Below are positions 23,736 through 35,300 of a stretch of DNA of 64,000 bases, piece by piece (the first letter of the stretch is position 1; every line of letters starts with the position of its first letter). A program made the translations under genes and the position numbers. The stretch is taken from positions 1,984,001 to 2,048,000 of the forward strand of contig CATNEN010000005.1 in the NCBI GenBank assembly GCA_950097015.1. The letters are read 5' to 3'. The notes under the pieces are model-generated. The model ran no database searches. It was not told the DNA's origin and was given only the letters and a program-made list of their open reading frames with translations. This DNA comes from Macrostomum hystrix (Eukaryota; Animalia; Platyhelminthes).

Positions 23736-24057
23736 CTTGCGGCACCTTAGCTTGCCGAAGTTTGCTTGCGGCACCTTAGCTTGCCGAAGTTTGCTTGCGG
23801 CACCTTAGCTTGCCGAAGTTTGCTTGCGGCACCTTAGCTTGCCGAGGTTTGCTTGCGGCACCTTAGCTTGCCGAAGTTTGCTTGCGGCACCTTAGCTTGC
23901 CGAGGTTTGCTTGCGGCACCTTAGCTTGCCGAGGTTTGCTTGCGGCACCTTAGCTTGCCGAGGTTTGCTTGCGGCACCTTAGCTTGCCGAGGTTTGCTTG
24001 CGGCACCTTAGCTTGCCGAAGTTTGCTTGCGGCACCTTAGCTTGCCGAAGTTTGCTT
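23736..24057. repeat. 29-bp tandem repeat, about 11 copies, just upstream of the recombinase ORF
   Basis: Unit GCGGCACCTTAGCTTGCCGAAGTTTGCTT (starts at 23768, 23797...); degenerate copies extend to ~23690. Confidence 0.95.
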
Positions 24058-25344
24058 CCTGACTGTTTGCTTGCTTGCGAAGTTGGTGAGTCAATTATTG
24101 CTACAGAATGTTTGCAAGCGCTTATCAGCGGCAATGTCGTAAACTCACTCATAGTAAGCTTTCAAACTAGCCTTGGGATTTGTACACGAAGGATTTAGTA
24201 TAATAGAAGGATAATAGCAGCATAAATTGTAGCTGGAATTCCTGATTTCAGCACGATCGATCAGATAACGAATATGATCATATTGGTGGTAATAACAGGC
24301 AGAGCTATGAGCTAACAAGACGAATTCGTCTAGATCTATTAACTATAAAGATATATATATATATATAATACAAAAATACACCAATACACCACTGGCCTTA
24401 GGTGTTATTTCTATTTCTATTGATTTTCTACAACTCTAACAGAACGTGTTGCGAATGTTGAGCTTGTAATTCTTGGATTAGTTGTCAAGTGGGAAGCAAC
24501 TCACACTGCAGTGTTCCGGGGAGAGAATTTAGAACGATTTCTGCCTGCGAAATTTCTTAAAATATCGATCGATCAATAAATCTTCATCGCTCGCATGTCA
24601 GAACTTATTCCCAGTCCAGATAGCCTAAACCCGTGTATTGATTGATTTAAATGTACTTTTACAATGATGGCCAACTTATATTCCTTATCAAGAAAAGTCT
24701 CAATCCATCAATGGGAAATGGAATCCCATTATATGATTTCAGCATTTTTTGCTAATTACATAAACAACGTGGAAAAAAGGTTTTAAATGTTTTATAAATA
24801 GCTCGTGTATGTTACTTTCTTGTGTTTATGTAGAAATAATTATAGGGAGGCGAAGCAATAGGTTTCGTTACTAAATAATCAGCTGTTTAAGCGAATATGG
24901 CGTATGGCATATTGACACAGTTTAGGATAATAGTATAGGTCAAGCTTTAAATATAATATCCGTTAAAAACTAAAATTACAAATAATGAGTTACGAAATTT
25001 GGTTCGGGAGTAGCTTATAGATCTCACTTCATTCAGTTTTATGTCAATAATAATGGCGATGACAAAGGTAACAAATCAGAGAGTTTTGACACAGCTTAGC
25101 AATGGACGCCCTGCAATTTTTATGTTAAAAAATGAAACTATTTATCGGCAATATTGAAACAAATAATGAAGGATTCCAGTGTTTTAAAATTAATAGTGCA
25201 GCACCCATGAAGGCTTTGTACACAGCAATACATGTACAATTAGCGTCCGTAACAAACTTGTTTCCTATGTCGCATTGATGGGGCGAAAATTACTTTCGAA
25301 TAAAATTAAAAAAGCACACAACACAAATGGCTCACTCAAAAGAA

Positions 25345-25586
25345 AACACGTATCTATCCACTCAATCTTCAGTCAGTGTGACACTAAACACGTATCTATC
25401 CACTCAATCTTCAGTCAGTGTGACACTAAACACGTATCTATCCACTCAATCTTCAGTCAGTGTGACACTAAACACGTATCTATCCACTCAATCTTCAGTC
25501 AGTGTGACACTAAACACGTATCTATCCACTCAATCTTCAGTCAGTGTGACACTAAACACGTATCTATCCACTCAATCTTCAGTCAG
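25345..25586. repeat. 42-bp tandem repeat, about 5.7 near-perfect copies
   Basis: Unit CACGTATCTATCCACTCAATCTTCAGTCAGTGTGACACTAAA. Confidence 0.95.
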
Positions 25587-26403
25587 GACAAATTAGACAA
25601 ACCAGCTATGACGGTCTAATTACCGATTGTACCAAAAAATCAAGTTCAATAATAAAATGTCGTTAATAAGGAATTCCAAAAAACCAAGGTAAGTCTTCCA
25701 TATTTTATAGAAGTTTTAGGAATCTAAACAGGAAAAGAAAGTAAGCTGAAAAACACTACTTAAAGATTGAACAAAAGCACACAAACAAAAGAAATTTCGG
25801 ACAAATAGCGAATCAAGCTGGAAAAAAAAGAAATTAAATATAGACAATTTTTTTCTTGTAATATATAATATGTAATATGTCGGTATTGTAATTCAAGTAG
25901 ACAATTCTAGGCCAACTATTGCTAGATTAGCTTGGCTAAAATAATGATCTAAACTACTGATTTAATTACACGAGTTAGTAGTATATTGAGTTAAAGTCAT
26001 TGCTTTCTTGCAGAAAAAAGCACACAAGAACACAGACAATGAAAGCAAAAAGGTTCTAACTATTATTCACAAGCGAGATGCACTTCTGTAGGGCGGCGTT
26101 ATCGAATTTCACAGTTTTGTTGATGGAAAGTAAAATTGTTGCAAATTAAAAAAGAGATAGCAAAATAATTAAGAAAAAAGCTGGGTATTTTAGTCTTTAA
26201 AATGAGTTAGCAATATTTATTTAAGCAGAGCAAAGAAAACTGAAAATAATAAACTGGATAAACAGAATATATAGTTGTGTATAGAGTATATATATGGGAT
26301 CAAGGAAAACAACAAAAAACTCAGACACAAACAAACCACACTCAGTCTGCTTCAAGTATTTAACCTGTTTAATAATCAATCCTTAGATGTCTATTCTGTA
26401 ACT

Positions 26404-27213
26404 CTATTTGTTCTTTTTGTCCTTGCCAAACGGGATGGCGGCCTGAATAGTGGCGTAGGCGTGGCGATAGCGATCCAGAATGTGGGCCAGGATTGAGTCC
26501 ACCTGTTTGTAATAGACGCTGTAGATCTTAGGCAGGCAGAACGAGCTAACTAGAAGGAAGCTCAGTAGGCTCAGAGCATTAAACCAGCTGCCGATGTAGG
26601 TCAGGCCAATTAGGCAGCAGAAGAATTTCAGTGTGCGCACGGAGTCGCGAAACAGCAGCAGATCTAGCAGGCGATTGATGTCCCGCTCCAGGCTGGCTAG
26701 ACGATTGTCTACGAATCCGATGACGCTATCGCGGGGCAGACGAATCGGAGAGGAGATGCAAGCAAGCAGATCCTGCTGCTGCTGCTGCTCACCTGTGGCA
26801 CCCCGTTTGACGGTGAAAGCGTACAAGCGAACGGCGCAGGTGCACAAAAGAGCAGCTAGGCCGAGATAGGCCAGCACGGAGACAAACGACAGGGTCATGC
26901 AGGCCCAGAGCAGGGTCAGTGATGTGAACAGAACAGCGCCCGAGCGTTTGGGATCCGACCATAGTAGGAGGGATTTCAGTTTGGGATCAGCCTTCTCCAG
27001 ATAGGAGCAGCAGAGAAGCATTCGGTTGGAATCGGGGGCTACTGGCTGCTGCTGCTGCTGCTGCTGCGGTGAAGCAGGCGGAGCAGACGGTGTCGGATTC
27101 TGATCTCCGGTATCCAACGCTTCAAATTCGTCGTCATCAAATTTCTTGACGCCAGTCATCAGCGGCTGCTGCGGCTCCAGCAGATCCTGCTGCTGATCCT
27201 CTGTGTCAGACAT
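26404..27213 (-). CDS. RTN: Reticulon (RTN/Nogo family), intronless, 269 aa
   Basis: Reticulon homology domain: LLLWSDPKRSGAVL, first hydrophobic hairpin, LLFRDSVRTLKF, LTYIGSWFNALSLL, LPKIY...YKQVD. C-terminal KKNK is a di-lysine ER-retrieval motif. Confidence 0.93.
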   Translation of the reverse strand: MSDTEDQQQDLLEPQQPLMTGVKKFDDDEFEALDTGDQNPTPSAPPASPQQQQQQQPVAPDSNRMLLCCSYLEKADPKLKSLLLWSDPKRSGAVLFTSLTLLWACMTLSFVSVLAYLGLAALLCTCAVRLYAFTVKRGATGEQQQQQDLLACISSPIRLPRDSVIGFVDNRLASLERDINRLLDLLLFRDSVRTLKFFCCLIGLTYIGSWFNALSLLSFLLVSSFCLPKIYSVYYKQVDSILAHILDRYRHAYATIQAAIPFGKDKKNK

Positions 27214-27394
27214 TGCTTCTAGCTGGTGACTTTCAGGCTTTATAGATAGTGAGATTAGCGCTGGTGAGGCACGTCAAGCTGAAACAATGGCAGAAAGCTG
27301 ATGTCAATAGCAACATAGGTAGGTAGATTAAAACTTAATTAACACATTACAATTGACGGCCTGAGAGATAACCATAAGTAGACAGATAAGGGGA

Positions 27395-27545
27395 GATAGC
27401 TAGGTAGATAGATAAACAGAAAGATAGATTCATGAACTGGATAAATTAATACAGATAGGTAGATAGATGAACAGACAGATAGATAGATGGATAGATAGAT
27501 AGACAGATAGATGGATAGATAGATAGACAGATAGATAGATAAACT
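27395..27545. repeat. (GATA/GACA)n microsatellite
   Basis: AGATAGATGGATAGATAGATAGACAGATAG... Confidence 0.85.
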
Positions 27546-27959
27546 ACACGGGAATAGTTTCAGACTAAAGTATTTGAGTAGTTTAATAGTTTATAGGGTA
27601 CACTATCTGGACTTAAACGTTAACTAGACCAAATAAGACAAACGCTTAATTAAGAACTGGCATTAAGCGTTACAAAAATTTACATTTTAACGACTTTATT
27701 TTTGTGAGAGCAAAATCAGGCAATGAAGAATTATGTTCATCTAGGAAAAGTTAGCGCAGCAATCGACAACAGATAAATTTGTGTTGCGAATTCTAGTAAT
27801 AAGAGTTTTAGTCGGACAGTACTACTCTGGCAGTAGTAAAGTACATGTTTTCGAATCTATTACAACGCGATCGGCCCAAAAAACAATGAGAAAATAGCTC
27901 TAATTCAAGCTGATAAATATTATAAAAGGGGATAATATATACATATACATAAAGGAACA

Positions 27960-28562
27960 CAATGAGACTTGACAAACAGAGTGAGATAGACAATGAGACT
28001 TGACAAACAGAGTGAGATAGACAATGAGACTTGACAAACAGAGTGAGATAGACAATGAGACTTGACATACAGAGTGAGATAGACAATGAGACTTGACATA
28101 CAGAGTGAGATAGACAATGAGACTTGACATACAGAGTGAGATAGACAATGAGACTTGACATACAGAGTGAGATAGACAATGAGACTTGACATACAGATTG
28201 AGATAGACAATGAGACTTGACATACAGATTGAGATAGACAATGAGACTTGACATACAGATTGAGATAGACAATGAGACTTGACATACAGAGTGAGATAGA
28301 CAATGAGACTTGACATACAGATTGAGATAGACAATGAGACTTGACATACAGATTGAGATAGACAATGAGACTTGACATACAGAGTGAGATAGACAATGAG
28401 ACTTGACAAACAGAGTGAGATAGACAATGAGACTTGACATACAGATTGAGATAGACAATGAGACTTGGCATACAGAGTGAGATAGACAATGAGACTTGAC
28501 AAACAAAGTGAGATAGACAATGAGACTTGACAATACAGAGTGAGATAGACAATGAGACTTGA
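27960..28562. repeat. 31-bp minisatellite, about 19 copies
   Basis: Unit GAGATAGACAATGAGACTTGACATACAGAGT (starts at 28021, 28052...). Confidence 0.95.
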
Positions 28563-29167
28563 TGTGCTAAGTGAGACAAGATGTGAGATTAGCTGAATAG
28601 TAAGTACAATTAGTTAGGCAGTAGATTAGAAAACTATAATCGCTGATAGGATCTTGATAAAAGACTCGTAGTTGTTTAATAAATTGGCTATAAACTGACG
28701 ATAACAGATAGAAAAACACGATATAGTCCTTAGCACACAGCAGCGCTGTATTTAAACAAATGAATTTACCGTGTGGATCTCTAAGCACATTATATGGTAA
28801 GCACTTGCAAAAGTAACTGGGCTATTTATAGAATATGAATATAGAAAAGCAAGCTTCTATTGCTACACAGCAAGTAGTATGCTGATAATAGTGCATTCAG
28901 TTATAATTCTAAAGAAGTGGGAATTTAAATAATAAATTTGAATAATGAAGACAATAATGCAGCAGCGATAACGAAACAAAGCCGCGAAAAATATGTAATA
29001 GGCTCACCGTTATTGTTTTAATCACAGATAATGCAAAAACAAAGATTTAACCTCTACAAGTTTCAATAACAATACCTTTATTAAATAAACTATTTTTGCA
29101 CACATATCGACAAAGTGTTCATTTAACCAATTGAAGGCCAAATAACGAGGATCTTGTAAACTGGAAA

Positions 29168-29359
29168 CTAATAGTTGTTAGGATAAACAAAATTCTGATC
29201 ACCGCCCAGACCAGTCATTGGCGTCATTGGCGACTGGGCAAACATATACTCCGGGTCGTCAGACTTGTAGTAGAAATTGGTTCTGTTCAGTGTAGGCTCG
29301 CTGCTTGATCGCTGAATTTTGGGCACTAGCACCTGGACGCCCTCTAAATCGTTCAGAAC
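29168..29359 (-). CDS. BRAF: Raf last exon (VLNDLE...[12 protein letters not shown]...PNNY*), not in the supplied ORF track
   Basis: ggacag|GTT acceptor; 14-3-3 site RSSSEP; TAG stop at 29170-29168. Confidence 0.9.
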   Translation of the reverse strand, partial: VLNDLEGVQVLVPKIQRSSSEPTLNRTNFYYKSDDPEYMFAQSPMTPMTGLGGDQNFVYPNNY

Positions 29360-32300
29360 CTGTCCAATTGTTCGGATTAGGAAAATGTTAGCCTTTTGAC
29401 TAGGATTCGAACTCCGGACCCTCGGTAAGAAATTCAGCTAAGCATAAAAATGGTCTAGTAAATGTCAGCTAGTAACTTACAGATCTGAATGTCGGGCGCT
29501 GTTCTCGATCGAACTGCACGCACTTGATCATGAGGTCTGATATCTGTTTCGGTGTGCCCTTCTTGAAATCATTCTCGTCTGGCTTGAGCATACCGCTGCC
29601 AACTTTGAACAGAATGAGGTCTTTGTTACTGATCTTGCTGTAGGGCAATTGGCCGCTGCACAGTTCGTACAGAACAACACCGAAAGCGTACACATCAGAT
29701 TTGAAAGTGTAGGGGTCATCGTCCTTCATGCGGATGACTTCGGGAGCCTGATGGGAAAATTTGTAAAACTGATGCAATCAATAGATCCCATTCTGTCTAT
29801 AAATAATTTTTATTATTACAAAGAGGATTATTTTGAGGCTTATAAAGAGGATTAAGAAGAGGATTACTTTGGGGATCATTAAAAAGACTATAGTGCTTGA
29901 TCTAAATGAAGAGGATTATTTTGAGGATTATGAAGAGGATTATTTTGTGGATTATGAAAATGATTATTTTGTGGATTATGAAAACGAGTATTTTGTGGAT
30001 TATGAAAACGAGTATTTTGTGGATTATGAAAACGAGTATTTTGTGGATTATGAAAAGGATTATTTTGTGGATTGTGAAGAAGACTATAGTACAGATTATG
30101 AAAAGGATTATTTTGTGGATTATGAAAAGGATTATTTTGTGGATTGTGAAGAAGACTATAGTACAGATTATGAAAAGGATTATTTTGTGGATTATGAAAA
30201 CGTTTATTTTGTGGATTATGAAAAGGATTATTTTGTGGATTATGAAAACGAGTACTTTGTGGATTATGAAAAGGATTATTTTGTGGATTGTGAAGAAGAC
30301 TATAGTACAGATTATGAAAAGGATTATTTTGTGGATTGTGAAAAGGATTATTTTGTGGATTATGAAAAGGATTATTTTGTGGATTATGAAAACGAGTATT
30401 TTGTGGATTATGAAAACTATTATTTTATGAATTATGAAAAGGAATTTTTTGTGGATTATGAAAACGTTTATTTTGTGGATTATGAAAAACATTATTTTGT
30501 GGATTATGAAAACGAGTATTTTGTGGATTATGAAAAGGATTATTTTGTGGATTGTGAAGAAGACTATAGTACAGATTATGAAAAGGATTATTTTGTGGAT
30601 TGTGAAAAGGATTATTTTGTGGATTATGAAAAGGATTATTTTGTGGATTATGAAAACGAGTATTTTGTGGATTATGAAAACTATTATTTTATGAATTATG
30701 AAAAGGAATTTTTTGTGGATTATGAAAAGGATTATTTTGTGGATTATGAAAAGGATTATTTTGTGGATTATGAAAACGAGTATTTTGTGGATTATGAAAA
30801 CGAGTATTTTGTGGATTATGAAAACGAGTATTTTGTGGATTATGAAAACGAGTATTTTGTGGATTATGAAAAGGATTATTTTGTGGATTATGAAAACGTT
30901 TATTTTGTGGATTATGAAAAGGATTATTTTGTGGATTATGAAAACGAGTATTTTGTGGATTATGAAAAGGATTATTTTGTGGATTATGAAAAGGATTATT
31001 TTGTGGATTATGAAGAGGATTATTTTGTGGATTATGAAAACGATTATTTTGTGGATTATGAAAAGGATTATTTTGTGGATTATGAAAAGGATTATTTTGT
31101 GGATTATGAAAACGAGTATTTTGTGGATTATGAAAACGAGTATTTTGTGGATTATGAAAACGAGTATTTTGTGGATTATGAAAACGTTTATTTTGTGGAT
31201 TATGAAAAGGATTATTTTGTGGATTATGAAAAGGATTATTTTGTGGAATATGAAAAGGATTATTTTGTGGATTGTGAAGAAGACTATAGTACAGATTATG
31301 AAAAGGATTATTTTGTGGATTGTGAAAAGGATTATTTTGTGGATTATGAAAAGGATTATTTTGTGGATTATGAAAACGAGTATTTTGTGGATTATGAAAA
31401 CTATTATTTTATGAATTATGAAAAGGAATTTTTTGTGGATTATGAAAAGGATTATTTTGTGGATTATGAAAAGGATTATTTTGTGGATTATGAAAACGAG
31501 TATTTTGTGGATTATGAAAACGAGTATTTTGTGGATTATGAAAACGAGTATTTTGTGGATTATGAAAACGAGTATTTTGTGGATTATGAAAAGGATTATT
31601 TTGTGGATTATGAAAACGTTTATTTTGTGGATTATGAAAAGGATTATTTTGTGGATTATGAAAACGAGTATTTTGTGGATTATGAAAAGGATTATTTTGT
31701 GGATTATGAAAAGGATTATTTTGTGGATTATGAAGAGGATTATTTTGTGGATTATGAAAACGATTATTTTGTGGATTATGAAAAGGATTATTTTGTGGAT
31801 TATGAAAAGGATTATTTTGTGGATTATGAAAACGAGTATTTTGTGGATTATGAAAACGAGTATTTTGTGGATTATGAAAACGAGTATTTTGTGGATTATG
31901 AAAACGTTTATTTTGTGGATTATGAAAAGGATTATTTTGTGGATTATGAAAAGGATTATTTTGTGGATTATGAAAAGGATTATTTTGTGGATTGTGAAGA
32001 AGACTATAGTACAGATTATGAAAAGGATTATTTTGTGGATTGTGAAAAGGATTATTTTGTGGATTATGAAAAGGATTATTTTGTGGATTATGAAAACGAG
32101 TATTTTGTGGATTATGAAAAGGAATTTTTTGTGGATTATGAAAAGGATTATTTTGTGGATTATGAAAAGGATTATTTTGTGGATTATGAAAACGAGTATT
32201 TTGTGGATTATGAAAACGAGTATTTTGTGGATTATGAAAACGTTTATTTTGTGGATTATGAAAAGGATTATTTTGTGGATTATGAAAACGTTTATTTTGT

Positions 32301-35300
32301 GGATTATGAAAAGGATTATTTTGTGGATTATGAAAACGAGTATTTTGTGGATTATGAAAAGGATTATTTTGTGGATTGTGAAGAAGACTATAGTACAGAT
32401 TATGAAAAGGATTATTTTGTGGATTGTGAAGAAGACTATAGTACAGATTATGAAAAGGATTATTTTGTGGATTGTGAAAAGGATTATTTTGTGGATTATG
32501 AAAACGAGTATTTTGTGGATTATGAAAAGGATTATTTTGTGGATTATGAAAAGGATTATTTTGTGGATTATGAAGAGGATTATTTTGTGGATTATGAAAA
32601 GGATTATTTTGTGGATTATGAAAAGGATTATTTTGTGGATTATGAAAAGGATTATTTTGTGGATTATGAAAAGGATTATTTTGTGGATTATGAAAACGAG
32701 TATTTTGTGGATTATGAAAACTATTATTTTATGAATTATGAAAAGGAATTTTTTGTGGATTATGAAAAGGATTATTTTGTGGATTATGAAAAGGATTATT
32801 TTGTGAATTATGAAAACGAGTATTTTGTGGATTATGAAAACGAGTATTTTGTGGATTATGAAAACGAGTATTTTGTGGATTATGAAAACGATTATTTTGT
32901 GGATTATGAAAACGTTTATTTTGTGGATTATGAAAAGGATTATTTTGTGGATTATGAAAACGTTTATTTTGTGGATTATGAAAAGGATTATTTTGTGGAT
33001 TATGAAAACGAGTATTTTGTGGATTATGAAAAGGATTATTTTGTGGATTGTGAAGAAGACTATAGTACAGATTATGAAAAGGATTATTTTGTGGATTGTG
33101 AAAAGGATTATTTTGTGGATTATGAAAAGGATTATTTTGTGGATTATGAAAACGAGTATTTTGTGGATTATGAAAACTATTATTTTATGAATTATGAAAA
33201 GGAATTTTTTGTGGATTATGAAAAGGATTATTTTGTGGATTATGAAAAGGATTATTTTGTGGATTATGAAAACGAGTATTTTGTGGATTATGAAAACGAG
33301 TATTTTGTGGATTATGAAAAGGATTATTTTGTGGATTATGAAAACGAGTATTTTGTGGATTATGAAAAGGATTATTTTGTGGATTATGAAAACGTTTATT
33401 TTGTGGATTATGAAAAGGATTATTTTGTGGATTATGAAAACGAGTACTTTGTGGATTATGAAAAGGATTATTTTGTGGATTGTGAAGAAGACTATAGTAC
33501 AGATTATGAAAAGGATTATTTTGTGGATTGTGAAAAGGATTATTTTGTGGATTATGAAAAGGATTATTTTGTGGATTATGAAAACGAGTATTTTGTGGAT
33601 TACGAAAACGAGTATTTTGTGGATTATGAAAACGAGTATTTTGTGGATTATGAAAACGATTATTTTGTGGATTATGAAAACGTTTATTTTGTGGATTATG
33701 AAAAGGATTATTTTGTGGATTATGAAAACGTTTATTTTGTGGATTATGAAAAGGATTATTTTGTGGATTATGAAAACGAGTACTTTGTGGATTATGAAAA
33801 GGATTATTTTGTGGATTGTGAAGAAGAGTATAGTACAGATTATGAAAAGGATTATTTTGTGGATTGTGAAAAGGATTATTTTGTGGATTATGAAAAGGAT
33901 TATTTTGTGGATTATGAAAACGAGTATTTTGTGGATTATGAAAACTATTATTTTATGAATTATGAAAAGGAATTTTTTGTGGATTATGAAAAGGATTATT
34001 TTGTGGATTATGAAAACGTTTATTTTGTGGATTATGAAAAGGATTATTTTGTGGATTATGAAAACGAGTATTTTGTGGATTATGAAAAGGATTATTTTGT
34101 GGATTGTGAAGAAGACTATAGTACAGATAATGAAAAGGATTATTTTGTGGATTGTGAAAAGGATTATTTTGTGGATTATGAAAACTATTATTTTATGAAT
34201 TATGAAAAGGAATTTTTTGTGGATTATGAAAAGGATTATTTTGTGGATTATGAAAAGGATTATTTTGTGGATTATGAAAACGAGTATTTTGTGGATTATG
34301 AAAACGAGTATTTTGTGGATTATGAAAACGAGTATTTTGTGGATTATGAAAACGAGTATTTTGTGGATTATGAAAACGATTATTTTGTGGATTATGAAAA
34401 CGTTTATTTTGTGGATTATGAAAAGGATTATTTTGTGGATTATGAAAACGTTTATTTTGTGGATTATGAAAAGGATTATTTTGTGGATTATGAAAAGGAT
34501 TATTTTGTGGATTATGAAGAGGATTATTTTGTGGATTATGAAAACGATTATTTTGTGGATTATGAAAAGGATTATTTTGTGGATTATGAAAAGGATTATT
34601 TTGTGGATTATGAAAACGAGTATTTTGTGGATTATGAAAACGAGTATTTTGTGGATTATGAAAACGAGTATTTTGTGGATTATGAAAACGTTTATTTTGT
34701 GGATTATGAAAACGAGTATTTTGTGGATTATGAAAACGATTATTTTGTGGATTATGAAAAGGATTATTTTGTGGATTGTGAAGAAGACTATAGTACAGAT
34801 TATGAAAAGGATTATTTTGTGGATTGTGAAAAGGATTATTTTGTGGATTATGAAAAGGATTATTTTGTGGATTATGAAAACGAGTATTTTGTGGATTATG
34901 AAAACTATTATTTTATGAATTATGAAAAGGATTTTTTGTGGATTATGAAAAGGATTATTTTGTGGATTATGAAAACGTTTATTTTGTGGATTATGAAAAG
35001 GATTATTTTGTGGATTATGAAAACGAGTATTTTGTGGATTATGAAAAGGATTATTTTGTGGATTGTGAAGAAGACTATAGTACAGATTATGAAAAGGATT
35101 ATTTTGTGGATTGTGAAAAGGATTATTTTGTGGATTATGAAAAGGATTATTTTGTGGATTATGAAAACGAGTATTTTGTGGATTATGAAAACTATTATTT
35201 TATGAATTATGAAAAGGAATTTTTTGTGGATTATGAAAAGGATTATTTTGTGGATTATGAAAAGGATTATTTTGTGGATTATGAAAACGAGTATTTTGTG

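Noticed and set aside
25275-25619. ORFs with KHVSIHSIFSQCDT repeats
   Set aside because: Translation of the 42-bp repeat; no unique domain or splice support.
26404-27213. Reticulon as a gene nested inside Raf
   Set aside because: The Raf stop codon is at 29168-29170, so the reticulon lies downstream of the Raf coding region, not within a coding-region intron.
23736-28562. Regularly spaced repeats (29, 42, 31 bp) as possible CRISPR arrays
   Set aside because: They are head-to-tail tandem repeats with no unique spacers, there are no cas genes, and the context is eukaryotic.
27808-28579. ORFs of 206-241 aa rich in SLSISLC
   Set aside because: Translations of the 31-bp minisatellite.
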